A DNA stretch of 64,000 nucleotides from Candidatus Woesearchaeota archaeon (GCA_018303025.1 JAGVYZ010000018.1:5250-69249), one strand, 5' to 3'; counted from the first letter of the stretch, positions 19,958 through 28,534 are shown. Notes: generated by a model not told the origin, from the letters alone. Translations and numbers: made by a program.

Positions 19958-20001
19958 TAGGTGCCCACAGTTTATAAATATTTGTATTTTGTGGTCACCT
20001 T
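19958..20001. repeat. 45-bp imperfect palindrome, copy 2 (over the fic promoter)
   Basis: TAGGTGCCCACAGTTTATAAATATTTGTATTTTGTGGTCACCTT; the arms enclose the TATA box about 25 nt upstream of the fic ATG (19949). Confidence 0.8.
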
Positions 20002-20041
20002 AATCAAATACTTTTATAATAAACAAAAAATCAAAAACAAT

Positions 20042-20971
20042 ATGAACATATTAGTAACAGGCGGAGCAGGTTTTATAGGAAGTCATATTGTAGACTTATT
20101 AGTAAAAGAAAATAAAGTAATAATTATAGACAATCTTTCTTCAGGTCAAAAAGAAAACATAAACAAAAAAGCAATTTTCTATGAGCAAGATTTATCCAAT
20201 TTCAAAGAAGTAGAAGATATAATAAAAAAAGAAAACATAGAAATTATTTATCATTTAGCAGCACAAATGGATGTAAGAAAATCAGTAGAATTACCAATCT
20301 TTGATGCTCAACAGAATATAATAAACACCTTAAACTTATTAGAAGTCTCAATTAAATACAAAATAAAACATTTCATTTTCTCATCGAGTGGCGGAGCAAT
20401 TTATGGGGATACAAATGTTCCAACAACAGAAGAAGCAAGAGAGCTTCCAGTCTCCCCTTATGGCGTAGCTAAACTATCAATTGAAAAATACTTAAATTAC
20501 TATCATAAAATCCATAACTTAAAGTACACTGCCTTAAGATATGCTAATGTTTATGGTTCAAGACAAAATCAAAAAGGAGAAGCAGGTGTAGTTTCTATTT
20601 TTTTCACAAGAATGCTAAGAAATGAACCAATCTCAATTTTCGGCGGAAAGCAAACAAGAGATTTTGTATTTGTAGAAGATGTAGCAAGAGCAAATTTACT
20701 AGCTTTAACAGATAAAGAATCAAATACTTACAATATAGGAACAGAAAAAGAAACAAATATTATAGAATTATTTAATGAAATAAACAAATTCTTCAATAAT
20801 AAATTTAGTCCAATTTATGAAAAAAGTAAATTAGGTGAACAAATGAAAAGTTGTCTATCATATCAAAAAATAAGTAAGCAATTAAACTGGCAGCCAAAAA
20901 TAAACCTAGAAGAAGGATTAAAAAAAACATATGAATTTTATAAATTTCTTAAAGATAGTAACAATAGTTAA
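20042..20971 (+). CDS. NAD-dependent epimerase/dehydratase (UDP-glucose 4-epimerase-like)
   Basis: ILVTGGAGFIGSH Rossmann motif, SPYGVAKLSIEKY (YxxxK); the track ORF start 19961 lies in the palindromic repeat, so ATG 20042 is preferred. Confidence 0.85.
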   Translation: MNILVTGGAGFIGSHIVDLLVKENKVIIIDNLSSGQKENINKKAIFYEQDLSNFKEVEDIIKKENIEIIYHLAAQMDVRKSVELPIFDAQQNIINTLNLLEVSIKYKIKHFIFSSSGGAIYGDTNVPTTEEARELPVSPYGVAKLSIEKYLNYYHKIHNLKYTALRYANVYGSRQNQKGEAGVVSIFFTRMLRNEPISIFGGKQTRDFVFVEDVARANLLALTDKESNTYNIGTEKETNIIELFNEINKFFNNKFSPIYEKSKLGEQMKSCLSYQKISKQLNWQPKINLEEGLKKTYEFYKFLKDSNNS

Positions 20972-21016
20972 ACTTAAATATTTTTTTATTTGATTTATAT
21001 AATTCGGAGGTTTAAA

Positions 21017-21454
21017 ATGAGAAAAGAAATTTTAGCGGACTTGTTAAGAGCAGAAAAAATAGAGCCTAGTTTTGAGTATACAATAGAAATTAACGGAGAA
21101 ACTTATAAAGCTGGAATTCGAAATGTAAAATCTTGTAAAAGAATAGGAAGATTAAAAGGTAATTTATTTTTAGATAAAATAGTAACCGAACCAGTTAAGG
21201 TTGCTGTAGGATCTAATGTAACTGAAACTTCACCAACAAGAACAGAAGAACAAGACAGAAGAGAATCTGTTTTAGATTTCAAGATTAAGTTTGATAAAGG
21301 ATATACCATACTAGATGAGACTCAAACTGGTAAACATCCAGAACCATTAGAACAAGCACAGAGAGCTTTTTGGTCAAGATATAGACATGAAATTAATGGT
21401 GAACAGTTTGAAGCTATTTATGGACCAGTATTTGAACATTATAAAAAAATTTAA
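21017..21454 (+). CDS. hypothetical protein (orphan)
   Basis: ATG 21017 preceded by GGAGG (21006-21010); no family recognised. Confidence 0.5.
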   Translation: MRKEILADLLRAEKIEPSFEYTIEINGETYKAGIRNVKSCKRIGRLKGNLFLDKIVTEPVKVAVGSNVTETSPTRTEEQDRRESVLDFKIKFDKGYTILDETQTGKHPEPLEQAQRAFWSRYRHEINGEQFEAIYGPVFEHYKKI

Positions 21455-21469
21455 TTTTTTCTTTTTTAT

Positions 21470-22549
21470 TTATCCCATATGTAATTCAACAATATCTTTG
21501 TCTTTTAATTTATGCTCTAATTTCATTATTTTCTGTCCTTGGTGTTTTACAGAAACACCCCAAACTCTAGAAAATTTAAACTTTTCAATAAAATCTTTAT
21601 GCAATTTAGAGCACATATCTCTTAAAGTTGCATCCTTAAACATAATCATGGGCTCATTCAAATCAGCTTCTTTTCTCATTTCCTTGCAATAAACTCGTAT
21701 AAAATTTAATTTATTAAAAATTAAATCTCTTAATTTATCAAGATTAAAATCAGTTTCAGCAGAAATAAACAAGTCAAAGCCTTTAATCTTCTCAAGTTCC
21801 TCTTTCTTCATCTTATCAACTTTATTTAACACATAAATAGCAGGAATATACTTCTTATTCCCTTCTAAAAAATCAATAAATTCTTCTACACTTAAATTTC
21901 TATAAATATCAACATTTGCATTGTGAATTTTAAACTCTCTTAAAATTAGTTTAATAGTTTCCATATCCAGATTAAAATTCTTAGGCAAGTTAATATTCAA
22001 CCCGCCTTTCTCTTTTCTAACAAGATTAATGCGAGCTCTTTCAGTATTTATCCTGATATTAAATTCATAAAGCTCTCTTTCTAATTTCTTAATTTGGGAA
22101 GGTTCATCAGCTAATAATATAATCAAATCAGCAGAATAAACACAAGAAAGTACTTCTTTTCCCTTACCTTTTCCAGAAGCAGCACCTTCAACAATACCAG
22201 GTACATCTAAAATCTGAATTTTAGCACTCTTGTATTTCATAACACCTGGAATAACAGTTAAGGTAGTAAAAGCATAAGCAGCAACATCAGATTTAGCATC
22301 AGTCAATTTATTCATTAATGTAGATTTACCTACAGAAGGAAAACCAACTAAAATTACAGAAGCATCCCCTGACTTTCTAACACTATAACCATAAACACCT
22401 TTTCCAGAGCTTGCTTGTTTTTCTTTCCTTTCTTTTAGCTTGGATAATTGAGCTTTTACTAAAGCAAAATGATGAGCAGTACTCTTATCATATTTGCCAC
22501 TACTAAGATCTTTTTCTAAATCCTTTATTCTCTCATCAATCTTAACCAT
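21470..22549 (-). CDS. DRG/Obg-like GTP-binding protein with C-terminal TGS domain
   Basis: G1 GFPSVGKSTL, G3 DVPG, NKVD; 359 aa with the archaeal DRG layout. Confidence 0.85.
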   Translation of the reverse strand: MVKIDERIKDLEKDLSSGKYDKSTAHHFALVKAQLSKLKERKEKQASSGKGVYGYSVRKSGDASVILVGFPSVGKSTLMNKLTDAKSDVAAYAFTTLTVIPGVMKYKSAKIQILDVPGIVEGAASGKGKGKEVLSCVYSADLIILLADEPSQIKKLERELYEFNIRINTERARINLVRKEKGGLNINLPKNFNLDMETIKLILREFKIHNANVDIYRNLSVEEFIDFLEGNKKYIPAIYVLNKVDKMKKEELEKIKGFDLFISAETDFNLDKLRDLIFNKLNFIRVYCKEMRKEADLNEPMIMFKDATLRDMCSKLHKDFIEKFKFSRVWGVSVKHQGQKIMKLEHKLKDKDIVELHMG

Positions 22550-22662
22550 GCTATTCTAAGTAAAAGCGCTCTTTTAAGCTTTTACGATTAAAGATTAAAG
22601 CAATGAAAAACAGATTTTAGATTTAATAAATGTTTATATACTAGAATTTTAACAAAATTTTT

Positions 22663-23139
22663 ATGCGAGAAAGAACTTTAGTTTTTGTAAAACCTCATTG
22701 TTTTAATGATGAAAATAATCTAGCTGATGAAATCTTAGGAAAATTAGAACTTTTAGCTGGTATTCCAAAATGTGATATATTGGTTAAACTACCTGTTTTT
22801 GGAGTTCCAGAAGATATTTTACGTAGGCATTACCAGGAGCATGAAGGCAAAGATTATTATGAAAGATTAATAAGACAAATCTCAGGTAAAAATATCTACT
22901 TAGCGATTTATGCTGGCGAAGATGTAGTAAAGCGGGTAAGAGATGTTATAGGTGCAACAAACCCAGCTAAAGCTACTGTAGGAACTATACGAAGACATTT
23001 TAGTAATGATTCTATTGATGTAGCTGCATCTGAAAATAGAGCAGTGAATAATGTAGTTCATGCATCTAGTGATCCAAAAGCTGCACAAGAAGAAATGAAT
23101 ATATGGTTACACTATATTCTTCGTTTAGACTCTAATTAA
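22663..23139 (+). CDS. ndk: nucleoside diphosphate kinase
   Basis: RTLVFVKPH..., GATNPAKATVGTIRRHF, NVVHASD active-site His context. Confidence 0.75.
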   Translation: MRERTLVFVKPHCFNDENNLADEILGKLELLAGIPKCDILVKLPVFGVPEDILRRHYQEHEGKDYYERLIRQISGKNIYLAIYAGEDVVKRVRDVIGATNPAKATVGTIRRHFSNDSIDVAASENRAVNNVVHASSDPKAAQEEMNIWLHYILRLDSN

Positions 23140-23555
23140 AAACGAAAACCTGGTGGAAGATTACAATAAAATTTTTCTACTTCTTTAGATCCTTTAATTT
23201 TTCCATCTTTGTTTAAATCAGCATTGTAAATAACTTCATTTAAGATTATTTCATATTCATCATTAGAGTTATATGCTTTAAATCCACTCCCTACTAAAGT
23301 TGCTAAAGTAACTAAGCTTATTAATGAACATCTTATAACTCTTCCAATAATAGCTTCTTTTCTACGTTGTTTTAAATCTTGTACTGCCAATAAATATCCT
23401 AGATTTTCCCAATAACCAATATCTTTAGGGTCATTAATCTCTTCCCGAAGATCAAACTCTTTCTTAAATCTTTTATAAGCTCTATATTTATCTGCTTCTT
23501 CAGTTATCCGCCTATAAAAATCAGCCCATCTTATTATTTCTTTAAAAGGTTTCAT
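23136..23555 (-). CDS. hypothetical protein with one internal TM helix
   Basis: 139 aa; AGGAGAG upstream; start 1 nt after the stop of the upstream ORF. Confidence 0.45.
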   Translation of the reverse strand: MKPFKEIIRWADFYRRITEEADKYRAYKRFKKEFDLREEINDPKDIGYWENLGYLLAVQDLKQRRKEAIIGRVIRCSLISLVTLATLVGSGFKAYNSNDEYEIILNEVIYNADLNKDGKIKGSKEVEKFYCNLPPGFRF

Positions 23556-23556
23556 T

Positions 23557-23844
23557 TTAATCTCTCCTAAATTCTACTCCTTGACAATAAATTGGTTGAT
23601 TTGTCATAAAATCTCTTCCAACTTGATCCTGAACTACTAATACTAAATTTTCAACAGGATGATATGATCTTCTCTCAAGTATTTTAACAACAAATTCAGA
23701 TAAACTAGCACTAGGATTAATACTTTCTCTTAATGCATGATTTCTTTGTACAGGATCTAAATTAGGACTTGAAGTAGGATCAAAATCTTTTTGATCATCT
23801 TCTTCTAATCCTCTGTCCATTGCGTCATATTTAAAGTATCTCAT
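23557..23844 (-). CDS. hypothetical protein (orphan)
   Basis: Second ATG (23844) has GGAGG 5 nt upstream (ATGGAGGTTAAAATG). Confidence 0.45.
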   Translation of the reverse strand: MRYFKYDAMDRGLEEDDQKDFDPTSSPNLDPVQRNHALRESINPSASLSEFVVKILERRSYHPVENLVLVVQDQVGRDFMTNQPIYCQGVEFRRD

Positions 23845-23860
23845 TTTAACCTCCATAATT

Positions 23861-23886
23861 ATTTTATAGTAGTAACAAATAATAAG
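23861..23886 (+). promoter_or_regulatory. upstream motif ATTTTATAGTAGTAACAAATAATAAG followed by a TATA box (promoter of the TrmB paralog)
   Basis: 22/26 identical to 38141-38166; both are followed by a TATA-like box and an ATG at similar distance. Confidence 0.5.
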
Positions 23887-23922
23887 AATATTTAAATATT
23901 AGTGCCCCCTTAGGATGGTCTA

Positions 23923-24675
23923 ATGAACACAGAATTATTGGAAGAAATAGGATTAACAAAATCAGAGATAAAAGTATATTTGGCCTTATTAGAAATAGGT
24001 TCCTCAAGTAAAGGACCTTTAGTAAAAAAAGCTAATATAACTTCATCAAAAATTTATGAAGTAACAGACAAATTAATAGAAAAAGGATTAGTTTCTTATA
24101 TAATAAAAAATAATGTTAAATATTTTTCAGCAGCTCCACCCTCAAGAATAAAAGATTACATAGAAGAAAAAAGAGAAAAAATAGAGCAACAAGAAAAATC
24201 TTTTGAAACCTTGCTTCCTTCTCTTCAGAATAAATTTAATTTTCTAAAAGAAGAAACTAATGCTGAAATTTTTCAAGGTTGGAAAGGTATGCATACAGTT
24301 TTCCAAGATATTTTAAATACCTTAAATAAGGGAGATACAGATTATGTTTTAGGAGCAAACCAAGGATTAAATCCAGAAAAAACAAGAAGATTCTTTGATG
24401 TGTATATAGCTAAAACTTATCAAAAAGGAATAAAAATAAAAGTTATTTTCAATGAAAACTCCCGTGATTATTATAAAAAATCAAAAGCAAAAAAAGCACA
24501 TATAGAAGCCAGATTTTTACAGCAAACCACACCTTCAGAAATAAACATCTATAATAATAAAGTAGCTATTTTAATTTTCTCAGAAACACCTTTAGCGATT
24601 TTAATTAATAGCAAAAAAATAGCAGCCTCATTCAAGCAATATTTTGATATAATGTGGAGCTTATCTGTAAAATAA
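23923..24675 (+). CDS. TrmB family transcriptional regulator
   Basis: IGLTKSEIKVYLALLEIGSSSKGPLVKKANITSSKIYEVTDKLIEKGLVSYI wHTH; colinear with 14908-15615. Confidence 0.8.
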   Translation: MNTELLEEIGLTKSEIKVYLALLEIGSSSKGPLVKKANITSSKIYEVTDKLIEKGLVSYIIKNNVKYFSAAPPSRIKDYIEEKREKIEQQEKSFETLLPSLQNKFNFLKEETNAEIFQGWKGMHTVFQDILNTLNKGDTDYVLGANQGLNPEKTRRFFDVYIAKTYQKGIKIKVIFNENSRDYYKKSKAKKAHIEARFLQQTTPSEINIYNNKVAILIFSETPLAILINSKKIAASFKQYFDIMWSLSVK

Positions 24676-24712
24676 GCATAAATTTAAATAATCTAAAAAA
24701 TAGTATAATTAC

Positions 24713-25443
24713 ATGAAAAGTGATTGCCTCTGGAAATAATAGTATTTCTGATTTACATAGTATAAACTATCGGTGGCAATAAAATAGGTGTTTTAGGTGG
24801 AATCGGACCAGAAGCAAGTGCAGAATTTTATAATAAGTTAATAAATAAACTGCAAGAATCAAATTTAATTAAAACTAATAAGGATTATCCTCAAATTATA
24901 ATCAATAGCATTCCAGCTCAAGAATTGATTTTTGATAAAATAAAAGAAAAAGATTTAGAATTTTACAAAAAAGGATTAAAAGAATTAGATTCCCTAAAAC
25001 CAGATTTTATAATAATGGTTTGTAACACAATTCATTTATATTATGACATTTTGCAAAAAGAAATTAGTACACCCATATTAGATTTAAGGAAATTAGTAAA
25101 AGAATATTTAGAAGAAAATAAAATTAAATCAGTTTTAATCATAGGCACTCCAAATACAATAAAGCAAGGTTTATACAAATTTAAAGAAATTAAAACATTT
25201 GAACCAAATAAGAAAGAATTAAAACAATTAACAAATGCTATTTTCAATTATAACAAAGGCATTGAAAAGAATCTGCAATCAAAAGTAGTTAAAGAAATTT
25301 GTAATAAGTATATTCAAAAAGGTGCTCAGTTTATACTTTTAGGATGCACTGAATTTGCATTAATGCTAGAAAAAGAAAATTTACCTAAAATAAGCACTAT
25401 AGACATTTTAGTAGAATCAACAATTAAAAAGTCTTTTAAATAA
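24713..25443 (+). pseudogene. aspartate/glutamate racemase family gene with a 59-nt insertion after codon 3
   Basis: KIGVLGGIGPEASAEFY is in frame with the track ORF but has no start codon. ATG 24713 sits behind a TATA box and is out of frame. Removing 24721-24779 gives MKSKIGVLGGIGPEAS. Confidence 0.65.
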
Positions 25444-25461
25444 AACAAGATTAAAGATAGC

Positions 25462-25947
25462 ATGGATTTAGCAAAAATAAATGATATCTTAGTAGATTTG
25501 TTCGTTCCAATCTTAATATTGATTTCAGCATTAATTCTAGGCAAGATATTTGAAAGACTGTCATTAAAAATAGCAGAAGAATTAGAACTAGAAAAAATAA
25601 CAAAGTTCCCAAATGAAAGAATTTCAGTAATAGTAAAATACTTAACTTATCTTGCAGGAATTATACTTGCTTTGAACCAGGCACAAATTCTATTAATATC
25701 TTTCATAATATTATTGATATTCATAGCAATATTTTTAGTAATATTATTAGGTTTAGAATTATATTACCTAATTCCTAATATAATAGCAGGAATAATCATA
25801 AAAAGAAAACTAAAATTAAACAAAAGAATAAGAATAAATAATATTCCAGGCAAAATAGTAAAGATTACCTTAAAAGAAACAATATTCCAGGCAAACAAAG
25901 AAACTCTTTATTTTCCAAATAAATTGATTTTAAAAGCAGTTTCATGA
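25462..25947 (+). CDS. small MscS-like membrane protein, apparently C-terminally truncated
   Basis: TM helices then NKRIRINNIPGKIVKITLKETIFQANKETLYFPNKLIL (start of MscS beta-domain); the TGA stop lies in a family A repeat. Confidence 0.45.
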   Translation: MDLAKINDILVDLFVPILILISALILGKIFERLSLKIAEELELEKITKFPNERISVIVKYLTYLAGIILALNQAQILLISFIILLIFIAIFLVILLGLELYYLIPNIIAGIIIKRKLKLNKRIRINNIPGKIVKITLKETIFQANKETLYFPNKLILKAVS

Positions 25948-26118
25948 AGGTTTGAACCAGGTTCATGAAGGGCGTTTTTGTTTTTCTTTCCTGAAGTGTT
26001 AAACTCGTTTAACATTAGAAGAGCTTGACTCTTCTTTGGTTTCTTTCGTAAAGAAAGCTTCGCAGGGTCATAAGGGGTGCAAATTTTTAGGCAGGTTCAT
26101 GAAGGGTGCAACCCTTAT
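25937..26118 (+). repeat. cluster of family A repeats plus a family B-like module between convergent genes
   Basis: cagtttcatgaagg (25937), ccaggttcatgaagggcg (25957), gcagggtcataagggg (26062), gcaggttcatgaagggtgcaacccttat (26091-26118); tttctttcctgaag...hairpin between them. Confidence 0.75.
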
Positions 26119-27080
26119 CATTTTAGCATTTCAACAACTTCTTTTATTATTCTTACAGTCATTTCAGGATACCAAGTAGCTAAAAACTCGCAAACTTCAA
26201 TTTCCACAATTAATTTTTCCTGCATAGGAAACAATTTTCTTTTAGGTCCTAAAGCTAAACTCCCATCAAAAACTTCTTCTAATGTAATTCTAGGCAAAGG
26301 AGAGTTCTCAATAGCACTCCTGGCAGCATCTAAATAAGATACAGGTGCAAAATCCTTGTTCATTCTTTTGAACATAAAATCATTTGAATATTTTTTTATT
26401 ACTTTCATATCACTCAAATAAGAGTTTCTTAAATCCAAAGACATTTCATTTAAGTTAAACTTATTATATTTCCTTAAGGTATTTACAACCATTCTTTCTG
26501 TTTCAAGCATAACCATCTGCTTGTACATTTTATTAACTTCCTTGAAAAAATCATAATAAGCCCTATTCACATAATTTAAGATATTTTTTATCATTACCTT
26601 CTCAAGACCTTTGCCTTTGAAAGTAATAAAATCAATCACAGAAGGCATTCCTTTTATCCTGTTATATGCTCTATGGATTAAAAGGACTGTTTGCGCATTC
26701 TCGCATTCACTCCAGAAGTTTTGATATATTCTTAGTCTATGATAATAGTCATTTTCATCAAAAGCAACAAAAGCATATTTTCTCATATAATCCAATTTAA
26801 ACAAAGTATCTTCATTATCTAAAAATTTAGCATAAGATTCTAAAGCAACTTTCAATTCAGGAATATCTCGATTAAAATCAACACCATATAGCCTTCTTCT
26901 AGGCATGTTTCCTAAAACTAATTTACCTTTGTATTCATTTCTTAATAAGCTTCCAATAGTATCAGAATTATCATCTCTTCCATTAGAATTAATCAAGGAA
27001 GGTCCAGAATGAGGGCACATGATTAATGGCTCTTCATTATCCTTGTAAATAATAAAACCTCTTTTAAACTCACTTATCAT
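26118..27080 (-). CDS. hypothetical protein, possible N-formylglutamate amidohydrolase-fold enzyme
   Basis: CPHSGP ... DDNSD ... RRRLYGVDFNRD resembles the FGase family HxG / D / DxNR pattern; weak. Confidence 0.4.
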   Translation of the reverse strand: MISEFKRGFIIYKDNEEPLIMCPHSGPSLINSNGRDDNSDTIGSLLRNEYKGKLVLGNMPRRRLYGVDFNRDIPELKVALESYAKFLDNEDTLFKLDYMRKYAFVAFDENDYYHRLRIYQNFWSECENAQTVLLIHRAYNRIKGMPSVIDFITFKGKGLEKVMIKNILNYVNRAYYDFFKEVNKMYKQMVMLETERMVVNTLRKYNKFNLNEMSLDLRNSYLSDMKVIKKYSNDFMFKRMNKDFAPVSYLDAARSAIENSPLPRITLEEVFDGSLALGPKRKLFPMQEKLIVEIEVCEFLATWYPEMTVRIIKEVVEMLK

Positions 27081-27253
27081 AAACCGAAAAACATTATTTA
27101 GTATATTAAGATTATCAAATTATTTTACATTCTTGAGAATTACTTTCTTCTCTTTCTCATATACAAGAAACTACCAGTGAATATACCAGCTACAACTACA
27201 ATCATAATAATGATTCCAGCAGTGCTTCCTATGCACCAGTTACAGCACCTGTA

Positions 27254-27514
27254 ATGCTTGATAATGCACCTTCTTTAGCTTCAGGTGCGTTTGTATTATC
27301 CTTAGCATTAACAATAAAACTTAATTTCCTGCAATCATTAAGAATAGTTTTTGGCTCTTTTTACGTTTTATTCTTGCCAGGTCATTTCTTAACCTATGCT
27401 TTCTTTCCAAAGAAAGATATAGATTTTATAGAAAGACTAACATTAAGCTTTGCATTATCAATAGCAATAGTTCCTTTGTTAGTCTTCTACTTAAATTTAA
27501 TAGGAATGAAATAA
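27254..27514 (+). CDS. membrane protein fragment (DUF1616-like N-terminus)
   Basis: ...FLPGHFLTYAFFPKKDIDFIERLTLSFALSIAIVPLL...; ends at TAA inside a duplicated segment; a further TM helix continues out of frame. Confidence 0.4.
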   Translation: MLDNAPSLASGAFVLSLALTIKLNFLQSLRIVFGSFYVLFLPGHFLTYAFFPKKDIDFIERLTLSFALSIAIVPLLVFYLNLIGMK

Positions 27515-27585
27515 ACATATTAAACTCATTCTTAACCATCTTAGTATTAATTTTGTTAATTTTAGGATTTATAATTTACAAAAAG
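27503..27585 (+). repeat. about 85-bp direct repeat, left copy (flanks the Bro-N cassette)
   Basis: GGAATGAAATAAACATATTAAAC... ; near-identical first 24 nt and alignable remainder with 28535-28619. Confidence 0.8.
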
Positions 27586-27600
27586 AAATATATTCTTAAA

Positions 27601-27675
27601 AATATATATTAAAAGGCAAGGGTAAAGGACAAACACCTTTAGAAAGTTTATAAATAACAAATGATTACAATGTAG
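27601..27675 (+). promoter_or_regulatory. conserved upstream element U1 + TATA box
   Basis: AATATATATTAAAAGGCAAGGGTAAAGGACAAACACC then TTTATAAATA; AGGACAAA ends 43 nt before the ATG. Confidence 0.7.
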
Positions 27676-28503
27676 ATGGAAGAGAAAAATGCTTTGGTTG
27701 TCTTTCAAGACAAAAATATAAGAAGAATTTGGTTTCAAAATGAGTGGTATTTCTCTGTTGTGGACGTAGTTGGTGCTTTAATTGATAATGAAAGACCAAG
27801 AAAATATTGGTCTGATCTTAAAGTTAAACTTAAGGCAGAAGGATCTCAGTTGTCCGAAAAAATCGGACAACTGAAATTAATGTCTTCTGATGGAAAATAT
27901 TATGAAACAGATTGTGCAAATACTCAATCTTTGCTTAGATTAATTCAATCAATTTCATCACCAAAAGCAGAGCCTTTCAAATTATGGCTAGCAAAAGTTG
28001 GTTATGAAAGAGTTCAAGAAATAGAAAATCCAGAATTAGCTCAGGAAAGAATGAAATCATTATATGAGCAAAAGGGCTATTCAAAAGAATGGATTGAAAA
28101 GAGATTAAGAGGAATAGCAGTAAGACAGGAGCTAACAGATGAATGGAAACAAAGAAATGTTCAAGAAAAAGTTGAGTTTGCTATTTTAACAAATGAAATT
28201 TCTAAAGCAACTTTTGGAAAAACAGTTGAAGAATATAAGGATTTTAAAGGATTGAACAAACAAAATCTTAGAGATCATATGAATGATTTAGAACTAATTT
28301 TTACAATGTTAGGAGAAGCTTCTACTACAAAAATAGCCAGAAATAAAAATGCACAAGGTTTTAAAGAAAATAAAAAAGCAGCTAAAGAAGGTGGAGAAGT
28401 AGCAGGTAATGCAAGAAAAGAGCTTGAGGCTAAAAGTGAAGAAAAAATAAGTACTTCTAAAAATTATTTAATTGAACCTGAGAAAAGAAAAAAGTTGAAA
28501 TAA
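27676..28503 (+). CDS. Bro-N domain protein (DinD/antirepressor-like)
   Basis: LVVFQDKNIRRIWFQNEWYFSVVDVVGAL...RKYWSDLK... matches the Bro-N pattern; helical C-terminal half. Confidence 0.7.
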   Translation: MEEKNALVVFQDKNIRRIWFQNEWYFSVVDVVGALIDNERPRKYWSDLKVKLKAEGSQLSEKIGQLKLMSSDGKYYETDCANTQSLLRLIQSISSPKAEPFKLWLAKVGYERVQEIENPELAQERMKSLYEQKGYSKEWIEKRLRGIAVRQELTDEWKQRNVQEKVEFAILTNEISKATFGKTVEEYKDFKGLNKQNLRDHMNDLELIFTMLGEASTTKIARNKNAQGFKENKKAAKEGGEVAGNARKELEAKSEEKISTSKNYLIEPEKRKKLK

Positions 28504-28534
28504 ATAACTTTTATATTCAAATTAGAATATGATC

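Noticed and set aside
19961-20041. N-terminal extension of the epimerase ORF (MPTVYKYLYFVVTLIKYFYNKQKIKNN)
   Set aside because: The extension is encoded by the palindromic repeat and fic promoter. The Rossmann motif follows directly after Met at 20042.
21387-21692. 101-aa + strand ORF overlapping the 3' end of the DRG GTPase gene; similar spurious ORFs at 31643-31891, 36246-36512, 37596-37793, 42956-43171, 56901-57110, 7356-7559, 9859-10053, 11470-11685, 15964-16219, 25326-25544, 26077-26337 and 52944-53153
   Set aside because: They are low-complexity frames that overlap well-supported genes or repeats on the opposite strand.
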